From NCBI RefSeq assembly GCF_902459465.1, contig NC_047080.1:1612001-1676000 (forward strand): 64,000 nucleotides of DNA. Reading direction: 5' to 3'. The notes under the pieces are model-generated. The model ran no database searches and was not told the origin of the DNA. It saw only the letters and a program-made list of their open reading frames with translations. Below are positions 63,416 to 64,000 of this stretch, piece by piece. Position 1 is the stretch's first letter, and each line of letters opens with the position of its first letter. The DNA is from Asterias rubens (lineage: Eukaryota). The translations under genes were made by a program, and so were the position numbers.

Positions 63416-64000
63416 ACGCACAAGGCTTGCTCAGCGTTTTTTTTTTGTATTCTCATTTTTTTTTTCGTTTTCCCGTAATGACAAATGCAGTAAAACCCCA
63501 GAATCTATATCCTCCGCATCGTGAGCCATAGTAACAATGACGTCGGTTGCTCTCCAACCCGAGTCCATCGAGTCAAAAGTACGGGAAGTGCATTCAACTA
63601 GCACTGTGCACAGCCACATCGGGTCAGCGACCCAAGTAAGAGCAAACCAACCAGCCGGCTTGCCCGGCCCCCGCGTGTGCCACAAAATGATCCAGTCGGC
63701 CGGGCCTCATCGATTTTCTTATCCGCCTCAAATTCAAGTCTTAGCGCTACATCGCTTCCGGATGAGAGCCCATCCCGTACCCTTGCATCTCAGAATGCCG
63801 TGGCCGGAATAACATCGCCAGGTTTTCCACGGGAGGGACGGGATTAATCGAATTTTCTAGGGGGGAGAAGTAGAAGAAGAAGGCATTTTGCAAACAAGGG
63901 CTGCAGCATCAACCCCAACTACAGCACTTCATCACCATGAGCAGGCGATGAACCCGAGTACTGCGCGGGCGCAGAATTCTAGGTCAATAGATTCAACCGC

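Overview
Eukaryotic, AT-rich, intron-rich animal DNA. It is probably an invertebrate deuterostome such as a sea star; this is inferred from gene and repeat style and was not verified. Two protein-coding genes converge tail-to-tail. (1) On +, the last two coding exons of an SMG7-like NMD factor (5954-6177, 6675-6770). (2) On -, a complete NR6A (GCNF/HR4-type) nuclear receptor, with four coding exons at 54971-54050, 35445-35393, 30669-29901 and 26249-26038. All splice phases are compatible and give about 651 aa, and several candidate 5' exons and promoters lie at 58.7-64 kb. Between the genes are three tandem arrays: 42-bp, 28-bp, and a ~4.2-kb palindromic 47-bp satellite with fold-back ends. 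The window also holds many non-autonomous DNA transposons (TTAA-flanked Kolobok-like, and Harbinger-like with TWA or CWG target duplications), tRNA-derived SINEs, and at least five Penelope-type minimal hammerhead-ribozyme motifs, one with an intact catalytic core. Strong plus-strand splice sites inside NR6A hint at an antisense transcript. No prokaryotic systems or CRISPR arrays were found, and most short ORFs in the track are spurious. All alignments were done by eye; no database searches were run.
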